Numbered from the stretch's first letter, positions 18,999 through 29,486 are shown. The stretch: DNA of 64,000 bases from Candidatus Omnitrophota bacterium (GCA_041650835.1 JBAZKL010000003.1:163682-227681), one strand, 5' to 3'. Made by a program: numbers and translations. Notes: generated by a model from the letters alone, not told the origin.

Positions 18999-20666
18999 TT
19001 ACACCTGTTCGGAGGAAACCCTTGAGATCTCTTCAATAGTCGTCATCCCTGCCAGGACTTTCGTTAACCCGTCTTCGCCTAAAAGCTTCATCCCGTTTTC
19101 CTGCGCCTTTTTACGCAAGGCAAGCGCTGAGGCCTGCTGCACGATCATCTCCCTCATTTCATCGCTGATCACCATCAATTCGAAGATACCGGCCCGGCCG
19201 CGGTAACCGGTGCCTTTACAATTATCGCAACCTTTTCCGTGGTATAACGTCACGTTGGGAATTTTCGTCAAACCCCATTTTTCTAAAATAACCTGTGACG
19301 GTTGATACGGCTCTTTACAAACATCGCAGATCTTGCGGACAAGCCTCTGAGCCATAACCCCGATCAAACAAGCGGAAATTAAAAACGGCTCCACGCCCAT
19401 ATTGACCAAGCGGGTCACCGCGGAAGGGGCATCATTCGTGTGGAGCGTTGAAAACACTAAATGTCCGGTAAGGGCCGCCTGCACGGCAATGACCGCGGTT
19501 TCCAGGTCCCTGATTTCCCCCACCATGATCACATCGGGGTCCTGGCGAAGGATAGCGCGCAAACCATTGGCAAAACTGATGCCGGCTTTTACGTTAACCT
19601 GGATCTGGCGGATCAGGCCTAAACGATATTCCACCGGGTCTTCGATCGTAATAATATGCCGGTCGATCGTATTGATCGTGGTAAGCGCAGAATAGAGCGT
19701 CGTGGTCTTTCCGCTTCCCGTCGGGCCGGTTGAAAGGATGATACCGTAAGGCTTGGTGATCAGGCCACGGTAACGCTTCAAATCCGTATCCGTGGCAAAT
19801 CCTAAGCGCTCAAGGCCGATCCGGACGGAGGCGGTATCCAAAAGCCTCATGACCAGGTTCTCACCATAAATAGTCGGGATGGTCGAAACGCGGAAGTCGA
19901 TGATCTTATCGTCTACCTTGACCTGAAAATGACCGTCCTGAGGGATCCTGCTTTCAGCGATATCCATCCCCGCCAACACCTTCAGGCGGGAAAGGATCGC
20001 CGGCTCCCATTCTTTAGGAGGAGAAGGGATCTCGTGCATAATACCGTCGATACGAAAGCGTATCCGCGTGATATCCTGTTCGGGCTCAATATGGATATCG
20101 GATGCCCTGTCATGGACTGCCTGGGAAATGATCAGGTCCACTAATTTAATGATGGAGGTGCCTTCCGAACGGGAATCCTTCGTCGGCGCGGCGGGCTCCT
20201 TGGTATTTAACCCGTCCAACAGGTTTTTCGTGATCTTTCGCTCAACATATAAACGCTGCTGCGCGTCGGCGATATCGGCAAGGGCAGCATAATAGATCTC
20301 GATAGGCATCCCGGTATGCATCTGTATCTGGTCAATAGCGTATAAATCGTTCGGGTCAGCCATGGCAACGCGCAGCGTATTATTATCGATCTTTACCGGT
20401 ATTGCCTGTGCCTGGCGCGCTAACGCCTCCGGCACCATTTTAATAAGCTCCTCGTTAAACTCGACATTTTCCAGGCTCAAATACTTGAACCCGAGAGACC
20501 GGGCGATAGTTTCATGCAAAAGAGGGCGGGAGACAATATTCATATCAACCAGGACCTTTTCCAGCGGGCGCTTTAATTTCCTCATTTCCTCACCCGCCTT
20601 GTCTATATCAGCCTGGTTAACCAATCCCGAACTTAATAATAGCCCTTCCAGATCTTTATCATTCAT
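18999..20666 (-). CDS. pilB: Type IV pilus assembly ATPase, GspE/PilB family; second paralog
   Basis: T2SE_N-like N-terminus, Walker A GPTGSGKTTTLYS and C-terminal CDVC...CDNC. The start is taken at ATG 20666 (MNDKDLEGLL), immediately after the stop of the TPR gene. The longer ORF (to 20765) would overlap the upstream gene by 98 nt. Confidence 0.9.
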   Translation of the reverse strand: MNDKDLEGLLLSSGLVNQADIDKAGEEMRKLKRPLEKVLVDMNIVSRPLLHETIARSLGFKYLSLENVEFNEELIKMVPEALARQAQAIPVKIDNNTLRVAMADPNDLYAIDQIQMHTGMPIEIYYAALADIADAQQRLYVERKITKNLLDGLNTKEPAAPTKDSRSEGTSIIKLVDLIISQAVHDRASDIHIEPEQDITRIRFRIDGIMHEIPSPPKEWEPAILSRLKVLAGMDIAESRIPQDGHFQVKVDDKIIDFRVSTIPTIYGENLVMRLLDTASVRIGLERLGFATDTDLKRYRGLITKPYGIILSTGPTGSGKTTTLYSALTTINTIDRHIITIEDPVEYRLGLIRQIQVNVKAGISFANGLRAILRQDPDVIMVGEIRDLETAVIAVQAALTGHLVFSTLHTNDAPSAVTRLVNMGVEPFLISACLIGVMAQRLVRKICDVCKEPYQPSQVILEKWGLTKIPNVTLYHGKGCDNCKGTGYRGRAGIFELMVISDEMREMIVQQASALALRKKAQENGMKLLGEDGLTKVLAGMTTIEEISRVSSEQV

Positions 20667-20667
20667 A

Positions 20668-21309
20668 TTAATCCCGCATGACTTGCAGCCGCGCGACCCA
20701 CGATTGCACCTCGTTTTTATCTTGCGCTTCAGGGGCGTATTTGAGGTATTTTTGATAATACTCAATCGCTTTTTTATTATCTTTTAACTGCTCTTCATAA
20801 ATGACACCCAGATTATAACAGGCGTCGGCCTGGTTCGGATTCAAGGAGAGCGACTTCAAGAACATATTGACTGCCAGGTTGAATTGCCTGGTTTTTAAAT
20901 ATTCTATCGCCAGGTTATAATATAAATCGCTGTTGCGGGGTTCGATCTCAACCGCTCGCAGGTAGAGCACAATAGCCTCTTTTGATTGTTCTTTTTTGGA
21001 TAAAAGCCATGCCCTGCGGGCTGACGACAAAGGGGCCTCTTCAGCGGCCAAAGAAGCCGGCGCAGGTAGCGCCCTACGCGCCGGGATCCCGCCCAAAAGC
21101 TCCTGCGCTTTTTTTAATTCTTCGTCGGCAAGGATATAATCGCCTTCCTGAAGGTATTTTTCTCCCGCAAGATAATACTCCTTTGCCTTTTTGAGCTTAT
21201 CGTCGGGAGAAAAAGACACCCCGGCGCGTTCCTGTCCGAAAACAAGCCCGGGGGCCAACAAAACCCCCAGAACGATCCCCCGGAACACGCTTCTCTTTGT
21301 TTTTTTCAC
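20668..21309 (-). CDS. TPR-repeat protein with signal peptide
   Basis: Signal peptide MKKTKRSVFRGIVLGVLLAPGLVFG. TPR-like repeats (AKEYYLAGEKYLQEGDY, LYYNLAIEYLKTRQF, ACYNLGVIYEEQLKDNKKAIEYYQKYLKYAP). Confidence 0.8.
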   Translation of the reverse strand: MKKTKRSVFRGIVLGVLLAPGLVFGQERAGVSFSPDDKLKKAKEYYLAGEKYLQEGDYILADEELKKAQELLGGIPARRALPAPASLAAEEAPLSSARRAWLLSKKEQSKEAIVLYLRAVEIEPRNSDLYYNLAIEYLKTRQFNLAVNMFLKSLSLNPNQADACYNLGVIYEEQLKDNKKAIEYYQKYLKYAPEAQDKNEVQSWVARLQVMRD

Positions 21310-21312
21310 CCG

Positions 21313-22653
21313 CTATTCTCCGTTATTTTGAGGCATCAGTTCAACTCCGACCTTCTTCCCGGCAGCCCCCGGCGTATCAACAGTATCATACGTCCGCTCC
21401 GGCTCAGCGAGTTTGAACATATTGCTGACCTGCTGGAACTTGTTCTGCAATTCATTTAATTTCGCCTTGGTCTGGTTCAGGTCATTGACCATGGTTTCCC
21501 GTTCTAATTGCACCGAAACATTCTGCTCCCGCAGCAACGCGGATTCTTTTTTCATCTCTTTATATTTTGAATAGACCTCAAATGTCTTGGCGTCCGCTTC
21601 CTCCAGCCGCTGCTTTATAAAAGCCACTTCTTCTTTTCGGCGGGACAACTCGGCCTCACCCTGCTTCATCGCTAACTGGGAGGTAGCGTGCTTATCGCCT
21701 AAATCGGAATAATCCTTATTCAATTTCGCAAGCTGCGACTTAAACAAATTGACCTCTTTTGCCAGCTCTTGGTTCTTCTTGCTCAAAAGAACCATGTTCA
21801 TCTTTTGCTTCTCGGTGCGTTGGGTATAATCCTGTTTTTCCTCTATAAGCCTTGCCTCCCTCGATTGAGCGTCCTTTAATTCCCTGTCCAGCTTTTCCAG
21901 AACCGGCTTCAGGTCAGGGCCGCCGAGGGAAAGCTCATTCAATGTTTTTTCCAGGTCAAGGGCCTTCTGCGCCAACAACGCTTTTTCATTCACTACTACC
22001 TGCAGCTGCCCGGAGACAGAAGACAAGGTATTCTGTAACGCTTCTTTCTGGGACTGCGCTTCCGCGAATTGCTTCTTAAGCGCCTGTAACTCTTCTTCCT
22101 TGCGCGCCAGGCTTTCACGGAACCGTTCCGTTTGCTCTTTATACGCCGCTATCTCGCTCAATAACGCCGGGACCTGAGCATTAACCACATCCAGGTCTTT
22201 GCCTAAGTTCTCTAATTGAGCGATAAACTCCGCCCCCTTATCCGGCTGGAGCTTAAGCTCCGTCAAAACGCGCTCGAGCTGACGGATCTTTTCTTTAACC
22301 GGCAGGGATATATCGGCATCGCCTTTAAGCCCGGCCAATTCTTTTTCCAGTTCATCTTTTTGCTTCATGGCGTCTTTCAACTGCCCCTGAAGATCAATGA
22401 TCTTTGCTCTCACATCGAGGGCCTTGGCTTTTTCCTCGTTGAACGCCTGATGCAGGGTAAGATTAAATTTACCGAAGCCATTGACTACGTCGCGCAACTG
22501 CTGCACCTCGGATTCCAGCACTGAAACGGCCATCCCGTTCTTATCCGCGAGAGTCACCTGGCGGGTTTTCTTAGAAAGCTTGACCGCCTGGAAGAGCACA
22601 AAAGAAAGCAGCATGACCACGACAAAAAGGATCAACAATTTTCTATCCGTCAT
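21313..22653 (-). CDS. Membrane-anchored coiled-coil protein in the pilus operon
   Basis: N-terminal TM segment (LLILFVVVMLLSFVLF) followed by ~400 aa of heptad-rich K/E/L/Q sequence. It sits between pilQ and pilB, the position occupied by the giant coiled-coil protein in locus B. Confidence 0.65.
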   Translation of the reverse strand: MTDRKLLILFVVVMLLSFVLFQAVKLSKKTRQVTLADKNGMAVSVLESEVQQLRDVVNGFGKFNLTLHQAFNEEKAKALDVRAKIIDLQGQLKDAMKQKDELEKELAGLKGDADISLPVKEKIRQLERVLTELKLQPDKGAEFIAQLENLGKDLDVVNAQVPALLSEIAAYKEQTERFRESLARKEEELQALKKQFAEAQSQKEALQNTLSSVSGQLQVVVNEKALLAQKALDLEKTLNELSLGGPDLKPVLEKLDRELKDAQSREARLIEEKQDYTQRTEKQKMNMVLLSKKNQELAKEVNLFKSQLAKLNKDYSDLGDKHATSQLAMKQGEAELSRRKEEVAFIKQRLEEADAKTFEVYSKYKEMKKESALLREQNVSVQLERETMVNDLNQTKAKLNELQNKFQQVSNMFKLAEPERTYDTVDTPGAAGKKVGVELMPQNNGE

Positions 22654-24065
22654 TTGATCTCTCTCATTTCAAGCTTCGCCGGACGAGGCAGCGCGGTAAC
22701 CATATTGCTCTCGCTGGCGATGAGCGGTAAATCATCGTCTTTAATAATATGGGCGGTAACGAATATCAACAAATCGGTCTTTTCAGTCGGGTTTTCAGTC
22801 GAACCGACTTCCTTGCGCCTAAAGAGCGCCCCCAGAAAGGGGATGTCCCCCAACAGGGGGATCTTTTTCTCTGTCGTCGCCGTTTCATCCTTTACCATTC
22901 CGCCGATGACAACCGTTTGGCCGTCCTTGATCTGGACTTCCGTCTGCGCGGAACGCGAAGACGTGATCGGTCCTTCTTTTACCCCGTCGCGTTCAGAGGC
23001 GTATCCGACAAGGCTGCTGACTTCAGGCTTAAGCTTTAATTTAATATGCCCGTCGGGGCTGACCTGCGGGGTCACGTCAAGCTTAACCCCGACATTATAA
23101 TTGGTCCAGCCGGTGATCTCCAGGTTCCCGGTAGTCTCGTTACGCTCATACGTCGGCAACGACAAAACCTTCCCGACATTGATCACGGCATTCTGGTTAT
23201 TGATGGTGACAATACGGGGATTCGCGACGAGTTTAGTTTTATTGCGTGATTTCAAGAAATCAAGAATGGTCTGGAAAGAAGAAAAATCAAGGGTTCCGAA
23301 GGTAAAATCCCCCAAGACGGTATAGGGAAAACCCGTAGGATTAGCCGCGTTAAAATCAGCGTCGGTAGAAGAAGCTTGCGGCAGAAAATTCTGCGCGAAC
23401 TCATTGCCGCCCTTCGGGCTGAAAGGGAACGTTATCGCCCGTTTCGCGCCGGTAGCCTTTATGGTCGTCGTCCAGTCGATCCCTAATTTATCGTTGACCG
23501 TAAGAGACGTCTCGATCATCTTGGCTTCGATCAAAACCTGGGAAGTCAATTCATCGAGAGAAGGGACCATCGCTTCGATCTTATTGATCACGGAGCTGGA
23601 ATCAGTGACGATGATCGAATTGGAACGGCTGTCTGATTCTATCGATCCGTCGGATGAGAGGACTTTGGCGAGCGTGACCTTGAGGGTGGCGGCGTCGGCA
23701 TTATTCAGTTTAAAAAGCTTTGTCTGATTGCCCTGTTTGACGACCTCATCCTGCGTCGTTACTTTATAAACATTATCTTTTTTGGAATAAGCAAACCCGT
23801 TGACCGTGATGATCGAATCCAGCGCCTGCTCAATGCTGACATTGTTCAACTGGACGGTGACCAGCCCCTTGACCGTTTCCGAAAAAATGATATTCAGGTT
23901 ATATTGTTTAGCGAGCTGGCGTAAAACATCCTTAATGTCAACCTCGCGGAATTCCAGCGATTCGATCATCTGCTGCTCTTGGGCAATAAGGAGGCCCGCC
24001 CAGGACAAAAAGAACCCTAACAAGATAACAACACATAATTTTAGCCTGACCCGCTTTTCAATCAT
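22650..24065 (-). CDS. pilQ: Type IV pilus secretin PilQ
   Basis: Signal peptide. STN/secretin N-domain (IKDVLRQLAKQYNLNIIFSETVKG). Secretin core motifs VLIEAKMIE and VVIGGMVKD...KIPLLGDIPFLGALFRRK...LLIFVTAHII. Confidence 0.85.
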   Translation of the reverse strand: MIEKRVRLKLCVVILLGFFLSWAGLLIAQEQQMIESLEFREVDIKDVLRQLAKQYNLNIIFSETVKGLVTVQLNNVSIEQALDSIITVNGFAYSKKDNVYKVTTQDEVVKQGNQTKLFKLNNADAATLKVTLAKVLSSDGSIESDSRSNSIIVTDSSSVINKIEAMVPSLDELTSQVLIEAKMIETSLTVNDKLGIDWTTTIKATGAKRAITFPFSPKGGNEFAQNFLPQASSTDADFNAANPTGFPYTVLGDFTFGTLDFSSFQTILDFLKSRNKTKLVANPRIVTINNQNAVINVGKVLSLPTYERNETTGNLEITGWTNYNVGVKLDVTPQVSPDGHIKLKLKPEVSSLVGYASERDGVKEGPITSSRSAQTEVQIKDGQTVVIGGMVKDETATTEKKIPLLGDIPFLGALFRRKEVGSTENPTEKTDLLIFVTAHIIKDDDLPLIASESNMVTALPRPAKLEMREIK

Positions 24066-24159
24066 GATGCATGCCTCTTGGATAATACCCGAATGTTTCC
24101 TGATAGAAAATTATACCACACTCCAACAAATAGTTTGACTATTTTTATACCCCCGGCCT

Positions 24160-24630
24160 TCATTGGTTTAATTCACCGGGAAACGTCAAATAAAAGCTCT
24201 GGCTTTCTTTTTTAAGCAGCACTTTTGCTTTCTCAACTTCAACGACCTCATAGCCGCCGACCGCATCTCCTTGTTTCACGATCTCATTATTAATAAAAGC
24301 GTACCCGGCCCTGTTTTTTCCGAAAGATATACCCTGCAGCTTTAATTCATCCATTTTAAACTCTTTATCAAACAGGCCGATAAAAGGGTCCCGCCCCCAG
24401 TTGAGCTTGCCGCGCTCCAACTGCTGGGCGCGCATCGTATCGCTCGTCGCCGCGGGTGAGGCCGGCGCAGCGGAAGAGGATATTGCCACCGGAGGAGCCA
24501 GCGCCACGGTTGACTGCGTCTGGGGCACCGGCGCGCGGGATGGCTTCTTCTTAATATTCCCCAGGGTAACCAGGGCCAAAACAACGATCAAACAGCCGGT
24601 GAGAATGAGTTGCTTTATCTGTTTAGACAT
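24160..24630 (-). CDS. PilP-like pilus assembly lipoprotein; assigned by position and topology
   Basis: 156 aa with an N-terminal signal/lipobox-like LTGC. A Pro/Ala-rich linker precedes a small C-terminal beta-rich domain. It lies between the PilO-like gene and pilQ. Confidence 0.4.
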   Translation of the reverse strand: MSKQIKQLILTGCLIVVLALVTLGNIKKKPSRAPVPQTQSTVALAPPVAISSSAAPASPAATSDTMRAQQLERGKLNWGRDPFIGLFDKEFKMDELKLQGISFGKNRAGYAFINNEIVKQGDAVGGYEVVEVEKAKVLLKKESQSFYLTFPGELNQ

Positions 24631-24640
24631 GCGTATCCTG

Positions 24641-25258
24641 TTATATTTCCAGGACCATATACGTGCTTAAAAGAAGCGTTGCCACAAGGTCGCGCGGCTT
24701 CGCCTGGTCCTTATCTTTGAGCTTATCCTGCACCACGACAGCAATATCCTTGCCCGCCTTCTTATCGATGGCTATCGATTCTACGATAAAAGCTACCTGC
24801 AATTTTCCCAGGTTAGCCAAGTATTCCCCTAACTCCTGATAAGAACAATTGAGCACCACCTCGATATACACCTTATTGACTCCCGGAGGAAGGTTTTCAC
24901 TTGACGCTCTTATATCATCGCGCGGGCGTATCGAAGCTACCGACATATTATACTGGCTTATCGAAGCACCCAGCAGGGTAACCAGCCGCGGGACCTGCTT
25001 TTTATTGATCTCCGCGTCTTTAAATTCCTCCGCCTTCTTAGCAATATCCTCCATGGCCTTTTTAGGGTCCGGCAGGGCGCGGATAAGCGCCTCTGATTCC
25101 TGGAGCTTAACTTGTTCGTCGCTGAATTCAACTTTAAGCTTATTCGCCGCTTTCGTCAAAGCCCCTCCTAAGAATACCTGGATAAGCGCCAAAACAACGG
25201 CAGACACCACAAAGATGACCGCGATCTCTTTTAACGTATTGCCGTTTTTTCTCGCCAT
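24641..25258 (-). CDS. PilO-like bitopic protein; assigned by position and topology
   Basis: 205 aa with a single N-terminal TM segment, then a coiled coil and a periplasmic domain. It lies immediately downstream of the PilM-N fusion. Confidence 0.45.
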   Translation of the reverse strand: MARKNGNTLKEIAVIFVVSAVVLALIQVFLGGALTKAANKLKVEFSDEQVKLQESEALIRALPDPKKAMEDIAKKAEEFKDAEINKKQVPRLVTLLGASISQYNMSVASIRPRDDIRASSENLPPGVNKVYIEVVLNCSYQELGEYLANLGKLQVAFIVESIAIDKKAGKDIAVVVQDKLKDKDQAKPRDLVATLLLSTYMVLEI

Positions 25259-25270
25259 GGCGCTTTTTTG

Positions 25271-27067
25271 CTAATACTCCAATTTACAGGTTATTTCAAA
25301 TGTCGCCGCCGGCAGCGGAGAATATTTATCCGGCTCGCTTGAAACCAGAATAACATCCTTGAAAAAAGGCGATTCTTCCAGCACCATCTGGTACTGAGAC
25401 AAAGCCAGGTCCACGATCGTATATTGGGAAACGATCCTGCCGAACAAATGTATTTCTTTGGTTTCTTTAGCCGGATCCGTATTGACCCTCGTTAACACGA
25501 CATTCTTCGGCGTAATATTACTAAGCTCTTTAAAGATCCCCCACCACAAAGGCTGCTTTCCTATCGCTTTTTCCAAAAGGTCTTTGCGCTGGTCTAAGCG
25601 CGTCTTCATGTCCAAATACCCTTTAACCTGGGTAACCGTCGGTTCAAGTCGCAGGATCTCCTCCTGCGTCGCCTGGATAAGGTTTTTATACCTGACATTG
25701 TTAAGATAGCTGAACCCGTGCATCACCAGGAACAAAAGCAGGGTTACCGGGAAGAACAGCTTGAGCAATAAACGCAAAAAGAGCGTTTTCTGCTCTAACT
25801 TTTCAGTGCTCGGCAGCAGGTTTATCTTCCCCCCGCCCCCGAGGCAAAGGCCAAAGGCTACCGCCAAATGAGGAGCAGCCTGCTCCATCACAAAATCCTG
25901 TTTTAAAACACCTTTTTCCGTCCATCCCTTGATCGCCTTAAGGACATTGAGCCGTTCAACCTTCTTTAAACGCTCAAGATTATACAAAAAGAACTTGTCC
26001 AGGTTCTTCAAACGGGAGCTGCCGCCGGTAATATATAATTCCTCGATATTTTCGGATTTAAACGTTTTAGCGTAATAACTGAGCGTACGGGTGATCTCCA
26101 TGATCAAACGTTCCAGGGTCGGACGGAACATGGTCGATATCTGCTCCCCCAGCAAGGCGCCGTAATCCGTCAAGAACTCGGTCCGGGACTCATCTTCCAA
26201 AGGGATCCCGCAGTTACGCTTTATCTTTTCCGCGTCATCAAAGCTCAGTTCAATGGTTTGAGCCCCCGAAGCTACCGGCTTTGCCATCGCCCGGGTCAAG
26301 TGGTCGCCGCCGACAGGGATATCACGCATAAATACCAGATCCCTGCCTTTATAAAAATTAAGCGTTGTATTATTAGCGCCCACATCAAGGAGCATTACGG
26401 TCTTGCCGACGGGAGCCTCGACACAAAAAGGCAAAAGGTTGCCAAGGGCATCCGGCACAATATTGATCGCCAGCGGGCGTATAGAGATATCTTTCAAGAA
26501 TTGCACCTGCTCATCAAGCACGGAGCGGTCAACCGCGATACAGGTTACCTGCAAATTAGGCCCCTTATCATCCTGAGCGCGGCCGGTAATAAAATAATCG
26601 AACGAAACGTGATTGATATCGACCTGGAAGGGCATGCGCTTCTTCAACTCTAAGCCGATCAACCCCCGCAGGTCTTTTTTATTGATCACCGGGACGCTCA
26701 AGGAAAAAACAAAGATGCCTTTACCTGAGACAGCCATGCGGGCAAAGCGTGTTTTAATCGGGCTATCGGCAATGAATTTTCTAATGATATCCTGAAACAT
26801 TTTTTTCTTCGCGGAAGCATCTTCCCGGATTTCCAGAGGGATACTGCGGATAACGCAATCGGTTATCAGGTATCCCTTGCTTATTTTCTGCAGCTGCAGC
26901 ACCTTGATATGGCTTGAGCCCAGGTCGATGCCGACAACATGCTGGCCGGAGGCGACAAAATTCCGGAAAGCCGCGGAAAACAAAAACAGGAAATCACGCA
27001 ACGAGAATGATGATTTCGGTTTTGGCGCTTTCACGGCAAACTGATTTTCCTGCTTCCGGTTATTCAT
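25271..27067 (-). CDS. pilM: PilM-PilN fusion: actin-like ATPase-fold domain plus bitopic PilN-like domain
   Basis: HVVGIDLGSSHIKVLQL matches the PilM/FtsA-like phosphate-1 motif. After ~420 aa comes a TM segment (LFFPVTLLLFLVMHGF), then a coiled coil and a periplasmic domain as in PilN. Confidence 0.7.
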   Translation of the reverse strand: MNNRKQENQFAVKAPKPKSSFSLRDFLFLFSAAFRNFVASGQHVVGIDLGSSHIKVLQLQKISKGYLITDCVIRSIPLEIREDASAKKKMFQDIIRKFIADSPIKTRFARMAVSGKGIFVFSLSVPVINKKDLRGLIGLELKKRMPFQVDINHVSFDYFITGRAQDDKGPNLQVTCIAVDRSVLDEQVQFLKDISIRPLAINIVPDALGNLLPFCVEAPVGKTVMLLDVGANNTTLNFYKGRDLVFMRDIPVGGDHLTRAMAKPVASGAQTIELSFDDAEKIKRNCGIPLEDESRTEFLTDYGALLGEQISTMFRPTLERLIMEITRTLSYYAKTFKSENIEELYITGGSSRLKNLDKFFLYNLERLKKVERLNVLKAIKGWTEKGVLKQDFVMEQAAPHLAVAFGLCLGGGGKINLLPSTEKLEQKTLFLRLLLKLFFPVTLLLFLVMHGFSYLNNVRYKNLIQATQEEILRLEPTVTQVKGYLDMKTRLDQRKDLLEKAIGKQPLWWGIFKELSNITPKNVVLTRVNTDPAKETKEIHLFGRIVSQYTIVDLALSQYQMVLEESPFFKDVILVSSEPDKYSPLPAATFEITCKLEY

Positions 27068-27133
27068 CTTATAATTTGCAACCGGCCCAACGGGCCGTTT
27101 CTTGTTTTAAGGAGCCCCGTCCTGCGGATACGG

Positions 27134-27397
27134 CTATCTTCTCGTAGCCCTCACCTTGACGATCTCCAGCTCTTTAAGTATCTTTTCCTGATTACTGATC
27201 ACCACCGCCAATTGAGCGAGGACCAGCTTATCCGTTTCATTCGTATGCGCCGCCAACTGATCGAATTTATCGACCAGGCGGGCGAACTCATCGACTGGGC
27301 CTGCCGGCTCAGCCGTTCGCTGGGCGCGCAGGGACGCAACCATACCCAAACAAACCACTACGGTCACTCCTATACCAACGGCTATTTTCTTTCCCAT
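27134..27397 (-). CDS. Small secreted coiled-coil protein, hypothetical
   Basis: 87 aa with a signal peptide (IAVGIGVTVVVCLGMVASLRA) and a helical remainder. Confidence 0.35.
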   Translation of the reverse strand: MGKKIAVGIGVTVVVCLGMVASLRAQRTAEPAGPVDEFARLVDKFDQLAAHTNETDKLVLAQLAVVISNQEKILKELEIVKVRATRR

Positions 27398-27406
27398 ATC
27401 CCCCCC

Positions 27407-28933
27407 TTACTGTTCCTGCCAGGAAATAGAATCAAACGCCCCGATAAAACCGTTATCTTTAACGAACCGTGTTGAATAGCGTATCCTCACCCGCCCGTCT
27501 AAATAAACATCACTGCCCATGACGGACCTTCCGTCAAGGTAGTTAAGATATACCGCGCCGTTCTGCGTATAAATAAGCCCGTCGAAATTCCGGGCGTCCC
27601 TCCTTTGCGTCTCATTATGGCCTGAGGGCGTCTCATAAGAAAGGATATTGCCGTATTGCGTTGCCAGGTTCGGATAGGTCAGGCGGATAACCCTGCGGGA
27701 ACGCCTCCCGCGGGGGATCCTTTGGCGCGAAGCGACCATGATGATCGGATCTTCGCCTTTAATAACGATATCTCTTTCCCCGACGAGGCTGGTACCGTTA
27801 AAGGTCAGATCATGACTTCTTACATCAAGAAGCAGATCTCCGGCGACATACCAGATGTTTTCATTATCATAATCATGATTGGGATTACTATGGCTTGAAT
27901 CATAGTAAAACCGCCTGACTAAAGCCACCTCTTCATTGACAAGCCAGCGGTCCGCAGGACGGGAATTAAAGTTAATGCTCCCGTCAAATTCCAGGGTGAC
28001 CGTATTATTGTTTATCCGGTTCACGATCACTCCCCAGTTCCTGTATCCCCATTTATCGTTAAGGACGGGGTCCTCCCGCTTATTCCGCAGCACAACCTCC
28101 TGGGTCCACGATGAACCCGACGGCCCGGGAGGGGGAGAGGTAAAAACATCGCTCTTTAAGCGCACCTGTAACTGCCGGGCGGAAACCACGCTCACATTAT
28201 CAATGACCGCGTCTAACTGTAAAGCTGAAGGGGCCCAGACGCGGCTGCCCGCCTCGTCGCGGAAATACTGCATATCGATCCCCTGATAACCGGTATCCAC
28301 CGGTACCCGGTCCCGTACACCGCTGGAGGTATCCGGAACATTCAGATCAGCGGCTTCATTATGGGTCGAATTATTATTTCCTTCATAGCCGTCGGTTGAA
28401 TCCCCCGGGCGGTCAACGACGACAATATCCCCGTCTATTAAAGAACCGCTATGCCACGCTGACCAGTCAAAAAGATGCTTGATCATACTGGCTTCATTGA
28501 TCGTTCCAGGCGTAACGCTCAATTTTAACTGGCGCATTGCCAGGTATGAATTCTCCGACGGGACATAGCCCCTTACCTCAATAACCGCATCGCCTGCTTC
28601 ACCTGCGAGCGCGTTGCGGCAGCAAACGGTATACTCGCCCGGGCTCAAAGCATATTTCGGCCGCTCAAGCGCGTCGTTACAATCACGGTCGTTATTAAGG
28701 TCCGTGCGCCAGGTTTCATCGTTCATATAGCGCACGAGCGCCCATTGGCCGCCGGCCTCTGCCAGATTCAACGCGCGTTCAGATTCCAATAAACGGGATG
28801 AAGCGTCAAAATCAGTCGAGATCATTGATGACAGAGTCCACCCCAGGAGCGCGAAAATAAGCATCGCGAAGATCACTATAACCAGGCTCATCCCTTTTTT
28901 ATTCGCCACGGGCGCTTCCTTTCTGCGCGACAA
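27407..28933 (-). CDS. PilX-like large minor-pilin / tip-associated protein
   Basis: The N-terminus KKGMSLVIVIFAMLIFALLGWTLSSM resembles the PilX_N class of pseudopilin-like helices, which lack Glu+5. The ~470-aa C-terminal domain has no catalytic motifs. Confidence 0.55.
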   Translation of the reverse strand: MSRRKEAPVANKKGMSLVIVIFAMLIFALLGWTLSSMISTDFDASSRLLESERALNLAEAGGQWALVRYMNDETWRTDLNNDRDCNDALERPKYALSPGEYTVCCRNALAGEAGDAVIEVRGYVPSENSYLAMRQLKLSVTPGTINEASMIKHLFDWSAWHSGSLIDGDIVVVDRPGDSTDGYEGNNNSTHNEAADLNVPDTSSGVRDRVPVDTGYQGIDMQYFRDEAGSRVWAPSALQLDAVIDNVSVVSARQLQVRLKSDVFTSPPPGPSGSSWTQEVVLRNKREDPVLNDKWGYRNWGVIVNRINNNTVTLEFDGSINFNSRPADRWLVNEEVALVRRFYYDSSHSNPNHDYDNENIWYVAGDLLLDVRSHDLTFNGTSLVGERDIVIKGEDPIIMVASRQRIPRGRRSRRVIRLTYPNLATQYGNILSYETPSGHNETQRRDARNFDGLIYTQNGAVYLNYLDGRSVMGSDVYLDGRVRIRYSTRFVKDNGFIGAFDSISWQEQ

Positions 28934-28946
28934 GATATTGCCTGCC

Positions 28947-29486
28947 TTAAAGATTCCTGAAAAACACCTGCGCGGTCACCGTCTTATCCAAGGTCCTGTC
29001 GGGGCCGCTGGAAACAAAAACCAGGGCGACCTCGACACGATAGATATCAGACTCTTGCGGATTGACCAGGGGGGATGCGATCAGCTGATTATCCGCGTTA
29101 TAATAAGTAAACGCCACCTCACTCAAGCCGCTTACCAGGACATTCTCAACAGCATTACTTCCCCGGATCAGGGCATTGCCTGAAAACCGGTAGCGGATCA
29201 TCGTATCGCTGACATCCAGGAATCGGAATTCCGAAGCGCCCGCCGTATAAACCGACAAAGCGTTTTTTATCTGCCGCATCTCCCGGGACATGCGCATCAA
29301 TGCCATGCGCCCCTGGCTGACCGACTCGCTGCGAAATGATATAAAGCGCCATAAATCGATCACTCCTTTGACATAAAACGATGAACCCGCGGCCAACACC
29401 CCCACGATCACCATGACCGTTACCAGCTCTATCAAGGTGACCGCTTTTTTCCGGCGCAAAGGCCAAGACACACCTTTAAAACCCAT
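28947..29486 (-). CDS. Minor pilin (prepilin-type N-terminal domain)
   Basis: RRKKAVTLIELVTVMVIVGVLA shows a basic leader, TLIEL with Glu+5 and a hydrophobic helix. 179 aa. Confidence 0.7.
   Translation of the reverse strand: MGFKGVSWPLRRKKAVTLIELVTVMVIVGVLAAGSSFYVKGVIDLWRFISFRSESVSQGRMALMRMSREMRQIKNALSVYTAGASEFRFLDVSDTMIRYRFSGNALIRGSNAVENVLVSGLSEVAFTYYNADNQLIASPLVNPQESDIYRVEVALVFVSSGPDRTLDKTVTAQVFFRNL

Noticed and set aside
18999-20765. Longer 588-aa version of the second PilB ORF, starting MSIIKNTSNTPLKRK...
   Set aside because: It would overlap the TPR gene by 98 nt. The ATG at 20666 follows the TPR stop directly and gives an N-terminus (MNDKDLEGLL...) that aligns with the T2SE_N start of the first PilB paralog.
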